The notes beneath the pieces are model-generated. The model made no database searches, was not told where the DNA came from, and saw nothing but the letters and a program-made list of their open reading frames with translations. Positions 52,951 to 63,772 of a DNA stretch of 64,000 nt are shown here, piece by piece. Where the stretch lies: assembly GCA_965197475.1 (NCBI GenBank), contig CBDANF010000002.1, forward strand, positions 1,433,507 to 1,497,506, given 5' to 3'. Both the position numbers and the translations under genes were made by a program. Position 1 is the stretch's first letter, and each line of letters starts with the position of its first letter. The DNA comes from Candidatus Poribacteria bacterium. GTDB lineage: Bacteria > Poribacteria > WGA-4E > WGA-3G.

Positions 52951-53781
52951 TTAAGACAAGTTTTTTTGCTCAAATTCCACAGGTGTCAAATACCCTAACG
53001 CAGAGTGAGGGCGTTTGTGATTATATACTTGTGTAATAAAATGCCCAATGCGGGCTCTCGCTTCGTGGATGTCCTCATAGTCGTTGAGATGAACTTCTTC
53101 TTCCTTGAGCGTGCGGATAAGTCTTTCAGCATATCCGTTCTCCCAAGGACACCCTCTCCGGGCGACTGAAATCTCAATCCCATGATGCCTAAGCAGTGAG
53201 ATGGACGCATTTGAAAGATATTGAACGCCTTGATCAGAATGATGGATCTCTGGGACATTTTGACATAATGCTGTCTCCAAAGGTTTCAACGTTAGAGATT
53301 GCGTCAAGTGTTGACTGATATACCACCCTCTGATCATGCGAGTGAAGACATCCATGAGCAGACAAACATAGATAAAGTGTCCTTTGAGGCGGACGTAGGT
53401 GATATCGCCCACCCAGACCTGATTACATCGGGAGACATCAAGGTTTTCAAGGCGATTGCTCCAGGGACGCACACCCGCAACGGATGTCGTGGTTTGACAG
53501 ACACGCTTGACAGAAACCGAGAGGTTGGCGGACTTCATCAATCGGGCAACACGTTTATACCCGATGGTGTATCCGTTACGCACCAACAACTGTGTGGGAC
53601 GCCTATATCCGTATGTTGGATATAGCAAAGATAACGTCTCTATTTCATCCTGGAGGCCCGCTTCACACGGGGCCTGCTTGGAGTGATAATAGAGGTTGCT
53701 TCGGTTGAAACCGAGTGTCTCACATATCTGCCGAACCGAAAAGTCTGTCCGTAATGCCGTAACCATTTCTCGCTGCTCCAT
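52951..53781 (-). CDS. IS3 transposase OrfB (rve DDE domain)
   Basis: [28 protein letters not shown] and [12 protein letters not shown] motifs. Confidence 0.93.
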   Translation of the reverse strand: MEQREMVTALRTDFSVRQICETLGFNRSNLYYHSKQAPCEAGLQDEIETLSLLYPTYGYRRPTQLLVRNGYTIGYKRVARLMKSANLSVSVKRVCQTTTSVAGVRPWSNRLENLDVSRCNQVWVGDITYVRLKGHFIYVCLLMDVFTRMIRGWYISQHLTQSLTLKPLETALCQNVPEIHHSDQGVQYLSNASISLLRHHGIEISVARRGCPWENGYAERLIRTLKEEEVHLNDYEDIHEARARIGHFITQVYNHKRPHSALGYLTPVEFEQKNLS

Positions 53782-53786
53782 CGAGG

Positions 53787-54077
53787 CTAACTCAAGTAAG
53801 TTGAGGCTTTTTTTTGGATGTCAAGTGCCAAGGTCAACCGCCCAACGAGTTGCCCAAGTTGGGCGATCCGCTCCGCAGAGGCATCAGACTGTTTATCAGC
53901 GGGTTCAAAGAGGGTCGCCGCTTTTTCAAGAAGCTGTCGCTTCCACTTTGAAAGTTGTTCATCGATGAGGTTATGTCGCCGACACACTTCTGCTTGGGAA
54001 CTTTCAACGCTGAGAGCCTCAAGAACAACTTCGGCTTTAAACTCGGAGGTGAAGTTTCTTCGTTTTCGTTTCGCCAT
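53787..54077 (-). CDS. IS3 transposase OrfA (HTH_Tnp_1)
   Basis: RRNFTSEFKAEVVLE...KWKRQ...L...VGRLT...DIQKKA. Confidence 0.9.
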   Translation of the reverse strand: MAKRKRRNFTSEFKAEVVLEALSVESSQAEVCRRHNLIDEQLSKWKRQLLEKAATLFEPADKQSDASAERIAQLGQLVGRLTLALDIQKKASTYLS

Positions 54078-54156
54078 CGGATACTCCTTTCAAGTAGATG
54101 GATATTATACCATAATCTTGTCTTAGAGAGTGGCCCGAATTTCCGATGGCAGTACA

Positions 54157-54363
54157 ATTAGTTGGATATAAATAACCTGTTTCATCTTGAAACTTGATAT
54201 AATCACCTATTGTTACCTCTGTTTTATCTAACCAAAATTCGTTTTCTATCAGAATCATATTGTCTATGATTATAGGATCTATCAATATATTATTAGGGAT
54301 ACACCCCTGGCTAAATACAAATATTGATATTACTAATATAAACCATCTTTTCCATTTCAACAT
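54157..54363 (-). pseudogene. N-terminal fragment of a lipoprotein with an FGE/SUMF1-like domain
   Basis: SQGC lipobox-like signal, then FWLDKTEVTIGDY.KF..ETGY; cut by IS3. Confidence 0.65.
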
Positions 54364-54432
54364 TTCGATATACTCCTTATATTTTTGGTGTGTTACTAAC
54401 TATGAGTGCGGTTTTCCGGAATGAGTCTTGAA

Positions 54433-55044
54433 CTAAGATCCGTACAGCGGGAACTTTTCAGTTATCAGCATAAGCGGGTTTCCATTCGCGACGATTCTAT
54501 AGGTTCGACTGAGAAAAGGTTCCCCTTCAAAATGCGCGATGCTACTTGGCATACCAGTTACCTGTTCAATACCCCACCAAAGTAAGTCACGGCGGGTTTC
54601 CAATTGACTGTGTTGCAAAAGGACACCCAACCCATTTATTCCCGCATCTAATCCGTCAACAACCGTTTGCGGCAAACGTTCATGGACGATTTGAGATACC
54701 GCGTAGACATGGGTCTTCGGAGTCTGATTTTCTGTGGAGGGTGTCTGTAAAACAACTTCTCGTGCAATAATATTACCTCCTGTTGGAAGTTCAAGCCAGA
54801 TATGTTCGTTGTGTAGTGTACGCCTTGCTTGGTACAGAAGTACAACCTGCACAGGTAAAAGTTTATACGCCTCAATGAAACGCGTGACGGTTCCGTCTGC
54901 AACCAATAAGGCACGTTGGAAAGGCGTTAATCGGGTAAGGTTGATATCCTTCAAACCTGCAGGTCTTTCGGATTGAGCGACAAAAAGTTCTTTTACACGT
55001 TTATTGACAAAAGTATCAAGGTTGGTAAGGGAGTTTATATTCAT
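54433..55044 (-). CDS. Chorismate pyruvate-lyase family protein (UbiC/DUF98)
   Basis: RALLVADGTVTRFIEA, REVVL, YAVS and SRTYRI...PLMLITEKF motifs. Confidence 0.82.
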   Translation of the reverse strand: MNINSLTNLDTFVNKRVKELFVAQSERPAGLKDINLTRLTPFQRALLVADGTVTRFIEAYKLLPVQVVLLYQARRTLHNEHIWLELPTGGNIIAREVVLQTPSTENQTPKTHVYAVSQIVHERLPQTVVDGLDAGINGLGVLLQHSQLETRRDLLWWGIEQVTGMPSSIAHFEGEPFLSRTYRIVANGNPLMLITEKFPLYGS

Positions 55045-55604
55045 TATTTATTTTGCGAAAATTGCCCACAATACCCAAAATCCAAATGTGCCAAATTTCC
55101 TATATGTGCGCTTTGGATATACTTGGTAGCTTTAGGAATCAAACGATTTTCAATTTTTCTATCAAATATTGTGGCTGTTGTAATTTGGTGTGGCGATTTC
55201 TGGTTTCTGTTGTTCTTCATCGGAAATACTTGCTAAAGAAACAATAGGATATATGTATATAGGATACCTTAAACTAAGTGCGTCATGCAACTAGAAAGTG
55301 CGCTCTGTCAAAACCATGCTGCTCTTGTAGATTGTAACATTAAATTATACTGTTTGCACTTGTTTTTCTTTAGTTCAATGTCTATCAAAAATTAGACATG
55401 TTGAAGCCAAAAAGGTTCGTGATTGAGTTCACTCTCATTAGGATTCAGAAATATCTGGTATCTTCTATTTATTCTAATTTCACACGCAAAGGCGATATAT
55501 ATGTTTAATTTTCCATGTCCTGTAAATGTGCTTGTCAAAATTATAAGAGTATGTTAATATCTCTACATAGTTGATTGACCTTCATACATTAACATGAGTT
55601 TGAT

Positions 55605-55870
55605 AATAGGGTGCGGTTAGAAAACCGCACATAAGCGTCAATTTAGCGGGCTCCGCCTCTGTAGCACAAACTAAAAGTTTGTGCTACAACACGCCAGCGA
55701 TTCAGACAAGCGCGCTTGCAAAGCGCACCGACATTGTGGGAGGGTGCCCATTCTTGTGGGAGGAAACCTTCTAATCCGATTTGTTATCGGCGTTGAAAAC
55801 GCCTCCCACAAGAATATCTGGCACTAAATTGACATCTATAGTGCGGTTAGGAAAACCGCACCTACCAGTG
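55605..55870. repeat. Composite REP cluster
   Basis: gtgcggttag(g)aaaaccgcac twice, gtagcacaaact..agtttgtgctac, gcgcgcttgcaaagcgc, and gtgggagg...cctcccac. Confidence 0.7.
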
Positions 55871-55969
55871 TGTAGGTTTTTGTGGGTAAAGTTCGCTGAA
55901 ATGGTGAATTATGTTCAACATTTACAATAAATCGAATTCACGTTATATTACGAAAATAAGGAGACGGAC

Positions 55970-56392
55970 ATGGCGGTATTTTTACATACACGGGTTCGCG
56001 TCAGCGATCTTGATAATTCCATTCAATGGTATTGTGACCATTTGGGGTTCAAAGTTCTGAGTCGGAGCGATAAATCCCCCGCAGGCAACCAAATCGTGCA
56101 TCTGGAGCTTCCGGGTAACGTGCACACTTTGGAATTAACTTATTCCCCTGATTTTGATCTTCAGGTGCAGGAAGACCTGATGCATTTTGCTATTGGTGTC
56201 CCAGATATTGTCGAATTTTGCGACAGTTTGGAGAAAGCAGGATTGGAAATTTGGCCGGATGAATGGCGTAAGCAGTTTACTTCGGGTGGAATGAAGATGG
56301 CATTCATCACGGACCCAGATGGCTATGAAGTTGAACTGCTGGAACGTAAAGATGCTTCAGGGGATCCGCTTGATGTCCTTGATAAATCTTAG
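55970..56392 (+). CDS. VOC/glyoxalase family protein (lactoylglutathione lyase-like)
   Basis: FLHTRVRVSDL, LELTY, HFAIGV and FITDPDGYEVELL motifs. Confidence 0.88.
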   Translation: MAVFLHTRVRVSDLDNSIQWYCDHLGFKVLSRSDKSPAGNQIVHLELPGNVHTLELTYSPDFDLQVQEDLMHFAIGVPDIVEFCDSLEKAGLEIWPDEWRKQFTSGGMKMAFITDPDGYEVELLERKDASGDPLDVLDKS

Positions 56393-56513
56393 TACATATC
56401 GGGAACCTATTAAAAGTTCTTTGACAGAACGGGTAGAGCAGAGGTGTAGACAACATTGGATTGCTATTGAGTTGCACCTTGCCCTACCAATTTGGTTTAA
56501 AAGGCAAACGGTT

Positions 56514-57329
56514 TTAGACAAAAGGCCAGAACTGATTCCAAGCTGACATCCAATCTTCTGCGCGGCTTTCAACGGTGACAGGTCCTGTTATTTCAATGCC
56601 TGGTCGTCCTTTGAAATCTGCAAGTTTATCCACACTTGAGAGTTCAATTCTGATTGTTGTTGGCTGGGCAGGTATGTATGGACGAACCTTCGTTAAATCC
56701 GAGAGTGCGTCTTTGGCTGCTTGTTCTATCATCTCGCGAGCGCGTACGGGTGGGAGTTGTCTTGCACTAAATCGGCTGAGTCCTTTTTTAACCGCAACCG
56801 TTGGTAGTTCATCACCGAGCAGCTCTTTTGCTTCTCTACACACTGCCGTATCACCGGTGACAAGTGCAATGGGAACACCGTAATGTCCGTTGAGTGCAGC
56901 GTTTACGCCGGTTTCTCCAACAAGTTCATCGTTGAACCAAAGGTTTCGATATTGGACAGTAGAAATAGTATGGCACAATACACCGTCGGGGGTGCCGTTT
57001 CGAGCATGCATCCCGATAAGCAAGCACGCGTCGCATCCATCTTTCCACATATCATCAAACCGTCCCCATCCGTGGTGTGCCACCCATTCACAATCGGGAT
57101 GGATTTTATCTGGGATAAGCGAATTAAATGTCCAACCTTTTCCTGCCCCGTGGCAATCGACAACGACGATCTCTGTAGCACCAGCGGCTTTGGCACCACG
57201 CACAGCGGCGTTAATCTCTTCTGTGTAGAGGTGTCTGCCCTCTTCAAACATCGCAGCCCCGCCATCAACCTGATCCCACACGACAATGCCGCTTACACCC
57301 TCCATATCAGACATGATCAATACTTGCAC
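56514..57329 (-). CDS. dppA: M55-family D-aminopeptidase (DppA-like)
   Basis: SDMEGVSG, VVDCHG, IGMHA, L.HT, GE..VNA and VTGD motifs. Confidence 0.88.
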   Translation of the reverse strand: MQVLIMSDMEGVSGIVVWDQVDGGAAMFEEGRHLYTEEINAAVRGAKAAGATEIVVVDCHGAGKGWTFNSLIPDKIHPDCEWVAHHGWGRFDDMWKDGCDACLLIGMHARNGTPDGVLCHTISTVQYRNLWFNDELVGETGVNAALNGHYGVPIALVTGDTAVCREAKELLGDELPTVAVKKGLSRFSARQLPPVRAREMIEQAAKDALSDLTKVRPYIPAQPTTIRIELSSVDKLADFKGRPGIEITGPVTVESRAEDWMSAWNQFWPFV

Positions 57330-57560
57330 AATACGATTCCTTTCTTTTCAAAGCTATGCTTTTTAGAAAAATCCGAAAATACGTGAACACCCTTTGTAGG
57401 TGCGGTTTCAAACCGCACCTACTGAACGTAGAAAATTATGAGTATTATTTGAGTATAAATCAGTGGCTATAAATTTGCAAGCGTAAAATGGGATTGGTAA
57501 AATTAGGATACAGTCCAAGCGGTAAGCGACTTGTCTGTCCTACTGGCAGTAAGGATATAA

Positions 57561-58949
57561 ATGAGTACAACACGAGGTGATTTGACACAAGGCAGCCTTC
57601 TCCGCCATCTGTTACAGCTTGCAGTACCAATAACGCTTGGCTACATCCTCCAAGATGCATTCAACGTTGTTGATATGATTTTCGTTGGAAGATTAGGACC
57701 TGCCTCAATAGCAGCTGTTGGTGTAAGTGGCAATTTGCTAAGGTTAATTGGCGTTTTCTCACTCGGCATCTCGACTGGTGCAGGGATTATGGTTGCACAG
57801 TACCTCGGCGCGAGAAATCTCGCGCAAGCCGGACACGTAGCAATGCAAGCGATCCTACTCGCTTTTTTCTTTGCTATCGGCATCGGTATTGTTGGTTACC
57901 CGTTGGCTGAATTCGGTTTGCGTGCTGTTAGAATAAAAGACCCGGAGGTGCTCAGACTCGGTACAACTTACATCCATATTATTCTTGTCGGCATCAGCAC
58001 ACTGTTTTTGTCAATGACGCTTGGGTCTATCTTCCGTGCTAGTGGTGATGCTGTCACTCCCATGATTGTTCTGATTTTTTCAACGTTGATTAACATTACC
58101 CTCGATCCGTTACTGATTTTTGGACTTTGGAAATTCCCAAAATTAGGAGTCGCAGGGTCAGCGTATGCAACACTCATCGGTAGGGGCGTAGGTGTGATTG
58201 TGCTCCTTTTTCTCTGTTTTAGTGGACACGCCCCAATATCGTTACGAAACGTACAATTCCGTGCTGACCTCGTCGAAATGCTTGACATTTTAAGGTTAGG
58301 GATTTATAGTTCTATGCAAGGATTCTGGCGACATTTATCTCGCCTCGGTTTTCTTTGGGTAATAGGTCCTTACGGCAAATATGCAGTTGCTGCCTATACG
58401 ATTTGCATGCGGTTACGAATTCTGGTAATGAACCCTGGTTTTGGAATAGCCAACGCTGTTGCGCCTGTCGTGGGACAGAATTTAGGTGCGAACCAGATAG
58501 AGCGCGCTGAAAAATCGACGCGGATGGGAAATATATTAGGCACAACGGTTATGGCGGGTATCGGCGCGCTTTTCCTCATTTTTCCGCAGATGTTTATTCA
58601 AATTTTTACCAATGATTCAGAAGTAATCAAAATTGGGTCCGTTTATCTTCAGTTTCTATCTCTCACATTTGGATTTATCGCTTTTTCTCTGGTGTTAGGG
58701 AAAGCACTTAACGGTGCAGGCGACACATTTTCACCGATGATTATTACCCTTGCTGCACAGATGGGAGTCGGTTTGGGGCTTGTTATTCTGTTGTCACATT
58801 TTATCGGACTGGAAGGCGTTTGGATCGGTATTGCACTTTCAAATGTGGTGCAAGGTGCTGCCATGTGGCTTTGGTATCGTACCGGAAGATGGAAAACAAT
58901 AATGCTTATTAAAAATGGTAGTGAAAATTCTACCAGAAAGGTGGTTTGA
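57561..58949 (+). CDS. MATE-family efflux transporter
   Basis: VDMIFVGRLG, RASGDAVTP, NITLDPLLIFG..P.LGVAGSA and GQNLGA motifs. Confidence 0.93.
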   Translation: MSTTRGDLTQGSLLRHLLQLAVPITLGYILQDAFNVVDMIFVGRLGPASIAAVGVSGNLLRLIGVFSLGISTGAGIMVAQYLGARNLAQAGHVAMQAILLAFFFAIGIGIVGYPLAEFGLRAVRIKDPEVLRLGTTYIHIILVGISTLFLSMTLGSIFRASGDAVTPMIVLIFSTLINITLDPLLIFGLWKFPKLGVAGSAYATLIGRGVGVIVLLFLCFSGHAPISLRNVQFRADLVEMLDILRLGIYSSMQGFWRHLSRLGFLWVIGPYGKYAVAAYTICMRLRILVMNPGFGIANAVAPVVGQNLGANQIERAEKSTRMGNILGTTVMAGIGALFLIFPQMFIQIFTNDSEVIKIGSVYLQFLSLTFGFIAFSLVLGKALNGAGDTFSPMIITLAAQMGVGLGLVILLSHFIGLEGVWIGIALSNVVQGAAMWLWYRTGRWKTIMLIKNGSENSTRKVV

Positions 58950-58951
58950 AA

Positions 58952-59785
58952 ATGGCGTACAAAGGTTATGAGAATCCGCAACTGGTAATTTCAGTTGAGG
59001 AATTGAAAAACAGCCTTGACGATGAAACGTTTTGCATCGTTGATACACGTCCGACACATGAATATATCCGCGGACATATTCCAGGAGCACTTCATCTGGA
59101 TCTGTTTGGGTTGAGTCTCATCAACACGCGCAAAGAGACTTTTGATACTTTTATGTGGATGATCGCTTACCTGTTCCAACAACGAGGTCTTCATCCAGCT
59201 AAAACAATTATTTGGTATGAGGACATTTCAGGAACACACGCCTCTCGAGGATTGTGGTTTTGCGAGTATTTAGGTCATTCTAATACAAAATTGCTGGATG
59301 GAGGTTTCAAAGCATGGTTAGCAGCAGACGGACCAGTCAGTACAGATGGTGTTGAACCTCCTGAAGTACCACAATTCCCAGTTGAAGCAGCACACGATAC
59401 GCACATGGATGCTGACGTGATTCATGCCCTACTAAACCGAGACGATTTCGTCCCCCTGGACACGCGTACGGATGATGAACATTACGGTAGAGTCGCTCGC
59501 GCAGAACGCGCAGGTGCAATTCCCGGTTCTATCCACATTGAGTGGCTCAATAATCTCGATGAAACTGGTGCGTTCAAACCAGCTGCTGAACTTAGAGAAA
59601 TGTATGAAGCAGTTGGAATCACACCGGAAAAACAGGTAATGTGCTACTGACAGGGCGGATACCGCTCTTCCCAAACCTATTTGGCACTGCGGCTTATCGG
59701 TTATCCGAAAGTAAGCAACTACATTGGGTCATGGAAAGAGTGGGGAGACCGGCTGGATTTGCCGGTTGAAATTCCTGAGGAATAG
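58952..59785 (+). CDS. Two-domain rhodanese/sulfurtransferase with TGA at the catalytic position (candidate selenoprotein)
   Basis: GHIPGA and LLDGG..W motifs; VMCY*QGGYRSS...NYIGSWKEW continues in frame to TAG 59783-59785. Confidence 0.85.
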
Positions 59786-59841
59786 CGATTTATAGTAATA
59801 TCTAAAATATGTAAACACACCGACATGGATAAATGGCGCGG

Positions 59842-60579
59842 TTAGTAAAATGTCTCTACGAAATTGATACAAATTTCAGCCACTTCTGCAGGACATTCGT
59901 GGGGCAAATAATGTCCTGCAGAAGGCACCCATATTAACTGAATATTGGGATTGGGCGGGATGCACAACTTCTGTTCAGTCAATTCATTCCTGCCTTTTCC
60001 ACCAAAAACCTCATAAATAGGAATATGTGCTTGTTCAAGGTAGTCGTAAGCGTCAAAATTTTGGACAGATGTCCAAAAACTTTCCCAGACACTGGGTTTA
60101 AACCCGCCCCTCATCTTTCCAGCCTTCCGCTGAATCTGATTTATCGCTGTTCCGTCCAATGAACCGTAAAATCGTCTTGCGTCAAACGCACTGCCTGCTG
60201 ATGAAAGACTCGTCCACCCCTCAAGCAAAATAAGCCCAACAATATCCGATGAACGTTTAGCGACATCCATTGCAACCATACCGCCAAGGCTATGTCCAAC
60301 GAGTATTATCTCTTGAATCCCTATAGTATCTATAAAGTACAGAATATCATCACCAAGACTATCTAATGTAAACGGTTCCACAGGTACATTACTCTGTCCA
60401 TGCCCACGAAAATCAAGCGCGATATTGCGCTGACTACTCGGTAATCTTTCAATTACCGGTTCCCAATCTGTTGAATCACATCCTGTCCCATGCAAGAAAA
60501 GTAGAGGCAGACCTGGTGCACCAGAATCCAAGAAAGCCATCCTACCCCAAAATCTGGTAATTGCTTTAACTTTAGCCAT
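59842..60579 (-). CDS. Alpha/beta hydrolase
   Basis: FLHG, DFRGHGQS, GHSLGG and AGHY motifs. Confidence 0.9.
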   Translation of the reverse strand: MAKVKAITRFWGRMAFLDSGAPGLPLLFLHGTGCDSTDWEPVIERLPSSQRNIALDFRGHGQSNVPVEPFTLDSLGDDILYFIDTIGIQEIILVGHSLGGMVAMDVAKRSSDIVGLILLEGWTSLSSAGSAFDARRFYGSLDGTAINQIQRKAGKMRGGFKPSVWESFWTSVQNFDAYDYLEQAHIPIYEVFGGKGRNELTEQKLCIPPNPNIQLIWVPSAGHYLPHECPAEVAEICINFVETFY

Positions 60580-60590
60580 AGCAGTATTTT

Positions 60591-61793
60591 TTAGAGCAAA
60601 AATTGGGCATCCACTGTCGCGCCAGCGTGTAAGGTTACACCTGCGGGAATGGTTATCAATCCATTCGACAATACAAGGGAATGAAGAATGCCGGAACCTT
60701 GCGGTCCAGTTGTTTTGGCAATGTATTGTCCATCCTGCTCCGTGAGGATAGCACGCATATAATTAACCCTGCCATCTTTGTTCGTAACATCTGCTGCTAA
60801 GATAGCTTTGAAGGTTGGACGTAATAGATCGGTGTGACCTGCCATTTTCAGGAGCGCAGGACGAACAAATAGCTCAAACACAACAAGTGAAGACACAGGA
60901 TTACCCGGCAATCCAAAAATCGGTTTTCCATCAATAATGCCGTAAGCCTGTGGTTTTCCTGGCTTCATCGCGACACGCCAGAAGTTCATCTTTCCTAATT
61001 TCGTCAAGACGTTTTTCACCACATCATGTTCACCGACTGAAACGCCGCCACTTGTAACCAGAGCATCTGCTTTAGCAAGGGATTCACGGAAGATTCGCTC
61101 AGTTTCCGTTTCATCGTCAGGCGCAATACCCATATCAATTGGAGTGCCGCCAGCATTCTGAACTTGCACATAGATGCCGTAACGATTGCTATCCCGAATT
61201 TTGCCCGGCATTAACGGTTCACCAAGCGGTGTGAGCTCATCGCCTGTCGAGACAATGGCAACTGTCGGCTTTTGATGTACCATCACTTCTGCACAATTAA
61301 GTGAAGCCAGCATTGATATTTCTGGGGGACGTAGCAGTTTTCCTGGTGACATTACACAATCACCTTGCTTAACACTCTCACCGGTAAAGCGAACATTCTC
61401 TGTTTCCTCAACACCTTCAAAGATTTTAACCTTATCTCCAACATGCTCAGTTACTTCCTGCATGACGACAGCATCTGGCCCGTCAGGCATCATCGCACCT
61501 GTCATAATTCGCGATGCTTGTCCACTTGAGACATGTTTTTTAGGTGCATATCCTGCAGCGATAGTCTCAACGACTGAAAGTACCGCAGGATTCTCTTTGG
61601 ATGCATCCTTCACATCTGCCGAACGAACCGCGTATCCATCCATCGCAGAATTGTTAAACGGTGGTATGTTTTCTGTGGCATGTAATGTCTCTGCCAGAAC
61701 ATAACCTGCACATTGAAGCATCTTTCGCTTTTCTGTCGGTAAAACAGGAATACTCTCTACCATCTGTTGACGTGCTTCTTGAACACTTAGCAT
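60591..61793 (-). CDS. moeA: Molybdopterin molybdenumtransferase
   Basis: PPFNNSAMDGYA, RIMTGA, STGDEL, TSGGVSVG, MKPGKP and GLPGNP motifs. Confidence 0.96.
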   Translation of the reverse strand: MLSVQEARQQMVESIPVLPTEKRKMLQCAGYVLAETLHATENIPPFNNSAMDGYAVRSADVKDASKENPAVLSVVETIAAGYAPKKHVSSGQASRIMTGAMMPDGPDAVVMQEVTEHVGDKVKIFEGVEETENVRFTGESVKQGDCVMSPGKLLRPPEISMLASLNCAEVMVHQKPTVAIVSTGDELTPLGEPLMPGKIRDSNRYGIYVQVQNAGGTPIDMGIAPDDETETERIFRESLAKADALVTSGGVSVGEHDVVKNVLTKLGKMNFWRVAMKPGKPQAYGIIDGKPIFGLPGNPVSSLVVFELFVRPALLKMAGHTDLLRPTFKAILAADVTNKDGRVNYMRAILTEQDGQYIAKTTGPQGSGILHSLVLSNGLITIPAGVTLHAGATVDAQFLL

Positions 61794-62029
61794 TTATTTC
61801 GCTCCAGTCGGTGGATGTGTAAAATATTTTATTAAAGGGCTATAAACATTTCGCCCCGCTGGGGCTGCCAATTATAGTAAAACTGATATTTCTTACAAAA
61901 GTGTAGAACCTAATAACAATCAACACAAAGCAGGCATATCGTCATGAAAATGCGATCTGTTTTGTAGATTTTGCTTGACTTTTTGCGTATGGGATATCAT
62001 CCTAATTAACAAAACTTACCTCTTAATTG

Positions 62030-62330
62030 AGAATTAGGAGGATATCTCATGCAACATCAGATTATCAAATCCACTATGTTTTTTCAAGTACTTCTTTATT
62101 CTTGTTTTTGCACATTGACATCACAACTCGTTGAAACCTTATTTTGCTGTCAACCGGTCATCTGTTTGGTCTCTATAACCCGGATCAAGTGGCAGATGCG
62201 TTGTCAATAAGGTGCGTATGCGAACTTAGGCATGAAAGTGTTGAGCTACCTGCTAATGCAGCGTGTGAGTCGTTCTATGCGGCGCACATTTCATCAAATT
62301 CAACTTGAACTTTCAGGGCAAAGACAGATG
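62030..62330 (+). pseudogene. Transposase/IS remnant related to 9663-10160
   Basis: LLSTGHLFGLYNPDQVADAL matches FGLYNPNQVSDAL; preceded by aattagga(g/t)gatatctcatgc, also at ~10500 and inverted at ~61990. Confidence 0.5.
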
Positions 62331-62353
62331 TTGTGTGAAATAAGCGCGCATTT

Positions 62354-63772
62354 TCATGAACACGATACAGGATAACGCTGATAGCTATTGAAATCAGAAG
62401 GATTTTGAGATATATCAGTTCCAATTAAATACCCTTTGGTCTCTTGGTAGCAAGAGGTGACGGCAAGTATAACCACAAGCAAGATTTGAGCGAAATCGGG
62501 TAATCTCTCAATTGTGATAAGGTCCGTGGCTCCGTAAACTACTACAAAACCGAAAAGCCAACAGATTAAATGAAATAATAGTTTGTACGGTTTTTGTAGT
62601 ATGAATAACAGTGTCTTTTTGGCAATCATGAAATAGAAATCGAAGTCCGTATTTTCTGAAAAAGGTGGTCCTTCAATAACACCTTCCTGCTGTTTTGTTT
62701 GCTGCGTATACCACTTATCCCGTACCTGCTGTTTCGAAGCAATACCTTTTAAGTAACCTCTCGCCTCTCGGTAACTGATGATAACTGCGAAAATTGCTGC
62801 AGGTATAGTAAATTGAAGGAGAAGTCTCACAACTTCCTGTACTGAGGGAAATGCCCAGTGACCTGCCATGATGCCAACTGATATAATGAGGAACATAGTT
62901 ATCCCAAGTAGCCAGGATATAAAATGAATCAAAATTGACTTAGGGTTACGAAGCATGAATATCACTGTCTCTGTTGCTGTCTTGAAATAGGATTCAACCC
63001 TCACTTGTTCCGACGAAGGTGGTCCCTCAAAATTGTTACCACTTGTTATTGCAGCATGTTGCCGATTATACCACTCCATCCACACGTTTCTTTCAGCAAC
63101 AACTCCTTTTTGGTATCCTTTCGTCTCTCCATAGCATGAGATGAGAGCAAGTATAGCAGATGGAATCAGAAATCCCGGAAGAGCCCCTATGGAATGATGT
63201 ATGGCTGCAACTATCCCACTGTTGAGTTTAAAGATAATGGTTAGGAACGCAAAAGCAGTGATCCAGTATACAAAATGAACGATAAGTTGCATTGGAAAAC
63301 GAAGCATGAGTTGAGCTGTTTCTCTAATGCTCTTAGGGTAGGATGCAACCTGCAGGTTTTTCGATGAAAACGGTCTTTCATAAGAACCACTTCGTTCCTT
63401 CATCTCGTGCTGTCTGCCATACCAGTCCATCCATTCTCTTTTTTCGCCATCAATACCTTTTATGCTTCCTTTCGCTTCAAGGTAACCTATAAGAAAAGCA
63501 GGACCGATTACAAACCAAAATCCAACGTATGACAAATCATGTGCGATTTCCTCAATCATAAGCGATAAGGCTGTACACAGTTTCCAAATTGACCAAGGCA
63601 ATCCATTAGCAGAATCTCTTACCTCATCAGCTGCATCTGGTAAGGTGCCATATATGAAAGGGTCGTCTGCTATGGTGCCTAACGCTGAAAACAGAATCCA
63701 GCAAATAAGAAAATATAGGAACATAGGTGTCGGATTGTGAACCATGAATTTCAATGTTTTTCGGATTTTCAT
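62354..63772 (-). CDS. Membrane protein made of four ~110-aa internal repeats
   Basis: Repeated two-TM unit followed by YxE(A/T)(K/R)G..KG...W..WY.RQ....EGPP.S. Confidence 0.75.
   Translation of the reverse strand: MKIRKTLKFMVHNPTPMFLYFLICWILFSALGTIADDPFIYGTLPDAADEVRDSANGLPWSIWKLCTALSLMIEEIAHDLSYVGFWFVIGPAFLIGYLEAKGSIKGIDGEKREWMDWYGRQHEMKERSGSYERPFSSKNLQVASYPKSIRETAQLMLRFPMQLIVHFVYWITAFAFLTIIFKLNSGIVAAIHHSIGALPGFLIPSAILALISCYGETKGYQKGVVAERNVWMEWYNRQHAAITSGNNFEGPPSSEQVRVESYFKTATETVIFMLRNPKSILIHFISWLLGITMFLIISVGIMAGHWAFPSVQEVVRLLLQFTIPAAIFAVIISYREARGYLKGIASKQQVRDKWYTQQTKQQEGVIEGPPFSENTDFDFYFMIAKKTLLFILQKPYKLLFHLICWLFGFVVVYGATDLITIERLPDFAQILLVVILAVTSCYQETKGYLIGTDISQNPSDFNSYQRYPVSCS

Larger units (their letters stand above)
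52912..54156 (-). mobile_element. IS3-family insertion sequence
   Basis: TG...CA imperfect inverted repeats (tgaagtgc...attcagacca vs tgtactgc...attcgggcca); orfA/orfB layout; A8G slippery site at the end of orfA. Confidence 0.88.

Noticed and set aside
62049-62210. Cys-rich small protein with a strong RBS
   Set aside because: The apparent RBS/ATG is part of a dispersed repeat end, and the DNA is homologous to the transposase remnant near 10100
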